Source: a virus
IMG/VR virus record: IMGVR_UViG_3300045988_000211
Location: 1 to 5,944 of that record
DNA length: 5,944 nucleotides
Direction: 5' to 3' (one strand)
The notes under the pieces were generated by a model. The model searched no databases, was not told the DNA's origin, and saw only the letters and a program-made list of their open reading frames with translations. Of the stretch, positions 5,200-5,944 are shown in pieces. The position numbers were made by a program, and so were the translations under genes. How positions within the stretch are numbered: position 1 is the stretch's first letter; each line of letters begins with the position of its first letter.

Positions 5200-5592
5200 A
5201 TGATTAAAAGCTATATCATGGACACAGATGGAAACGTAAAGCTGGCAAGACACTTCAAAGTAAAAGAATTTGCTTGCAAAGACGGCAGCCAAGTAGTATT
5301 CATAGATGACTACCTATACACCATTCTAGATATCTTACGACATAAGCTAGGAAAGCCGGTGATCATCACCAGCGGATACAGAACACCAGAGTGGAACAAA
5401 AAATGCAACGGAGCAAAATACAGCTACCACATGCGCGGTATGGCAGCAGATATCCGAGTCAATGGCATGAGCGCAAAAGAGCTTGCCAACAAACTGAATG
5501 AAATCGTCCCGGATGAATGCGGCATTATCGTATACAACAATTGGGTGCACTTTGATGTGCGACCCGGAAAAAAATACAGAAAGGGGATGTAA
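5200..5592 (+). CDS. Peptidase M15 family (M15A / Peptidase_M15_3-like) zinc cell-wall hydrolase, 130 aa
   Basis: The motif series FxVKEFACKDG ... ITSGYRTPEWNxxxxGAxxSYHMRGMAADI ... WVHFDVR matches the H/D/H zinc-ligand pattern of D-Ala-D-Ala carboxypeptidase-fold phage endolysins. ATG 5200 lies 5 nt after AAAGGGGGG (5186..5194). The ORF-track start at 5167 is a TTG inside the terminator tail. Confidence 0.85.
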   Translation: MIKSYIMDTDGNVKLARHFKVKEFACKDGSQVVFIDDYLYTILDILRHKLGKPVIITSGYRTPEWNKKCNGAKYSYHMRGMAADIRVNGMSAKELANKLNEIVPDECGIIVYNNWVHFDVRPGKKYRKGM

Positions 5593-5593
5593 A

Positions 5594-5716
5594 ATGGCAC
5601 TGATTTCAATTAAGGACGTCAAGCAAGCAATCCGCATTATGATGCAGATTCTCGAAAAGCTTGACGAAATCTATCATGCGCTGCACGATAGCATCAACGA
5701 AGACAAAAAGGAGTAA
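5594..5716 (+). CDS. Hypothetical 40-aa protein (predicted helical, acidic C-terminus)
   Basis: ATG 5594 lies 7 nt after AAGGGGA and 1 nt after the peptidase stop. The upstream part of the ORF-track frame (5498..) overlaps the peptidase gene and has no SD. Confidence 0.45.
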   Translation: MALISIKDVKQAIRIMMQILEKLDEIYHALHDSINEDKKE

Positions 5717-5722
5717 ACCGTA

Positions 5723-5830
5723 ATGCCCAAAACATGGAATGCACGAGACCAGACCGAAGAAGCAAATTGGAACCATGGCCGAAACAAAAAAAAGAAAAGA
5801 AAGGTACACAACAATGGCACGACATCGTAA
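5723..5830 (+). CDS. Possible 35-aa ORF (MPKTWNARDQTEEANWNHGRNKKKKRKVHNNGTTS)
   Basis: ATG 5723 lies 9 nt after the best SD in the region (AAGGAG 5708..5713). All three + frames are open here, so coding status is uncertain. Confidence 0.3.
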   Translation: MPKTWNARDQTEEANWNHGRNKKKKRKVHNNGTTS

Positions 5831-5936
5831 AGCAATGAAAGGCGCAAAAGACCGCCGTATGTTTAACGTAACCGCACGAAAAACCAAAAGCATAAACCTC
5901 AGCCAGAAGCCTATGCGCGGTGGCATCCGGCTGTAA
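5814..5936 (+). CDS. Small basic DNA-binding / packaging protein (phiX174 J-like, gokushovirus ORF8-like), 40 aa
   Basis: The product is MARHRKAMKGAKDRRMFNVTARKTKSINLSQKPMRGGIRL, with 13 of 40 residues K/R. The C-terminal PMRGGIRL is a recurrent ending of gokushovirus ORF8-type proteins (from memory). GAAAGG lies 9 nt upstream of ATG 5814. The frame is open back to ATG 5739, but that start has no SD. Confidence 0.75.
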   Translation: MARHRKAMKGAKDRRMFNVTARKTKSINLSQKPMRGGIRL

Positions 5937-5944
5937 AAAAAAAG
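5826..5944. repeat. Terminal redundancy (copy 2), identical to 1..119
   Basis: Same as copy 1. The overlap runs exactly to the last base of the window. Confidence 0.95.

Larger units (their letters stand above)
1..5825 (+). other. One complete unit of a circular Microviridae (gokushovirus-like) ssDNA phage genome
   Basis: The full core gene set (VP5-like, VP3, VP1, VP2, VP4, J/ORF8-like) is on one strand with tight or overlapping junctions. The exact end overlap 1..119 = 5826..5944 closes the circle at 5,825 nt. Confidence 0.9.

Overview
The window holds one complete, circularly permuted genome of a small ssDNA phage of the family Microviridae, with a gokushovirus-like gene set and order. 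An exact 119-nt end overlap (1..119 = 5826..5944) sets the unit length at 5,825 nt. All credible genes are on the + strand. The core genes are a VP5-like small protein, internal scaffold VP3, major capsid VP1, pilot/minor capsid VP2, the HUH rolling-circle Rep VP4, and a 40-aa K/R-rich J/ORF8-like DNA-binding protein ending in PMRGGIRL. Between VP4 and the J-like gene lies a ~1.4 kb accessory segment outside the core microvirus gene set. It starts with a 585-nt non-coding region (4358..4942) packed with distinct repeat families: a 13-bp-stem hairpin, tandem 9-mers, a ~44-nt alternating-CG palindromic tract, (GTA)5, and eight TGTTGAAA iterons flanking a 7-3-7 palindrome. Next comes a promoter / 60-aa ORF / intrinsic-terminator cassette. 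A perfect consensus TTGACA-N17-TATAAT promoter is nested inside that terminator. It is followed by a Peptidase M15-type zinc cell-wall hydrolase and two tiny ORFs. I saw no tRNA, rRNA, CRISPR array, integrase or transposase. Functional calls rest on recognised motifs read by eye, since no database search was possible.
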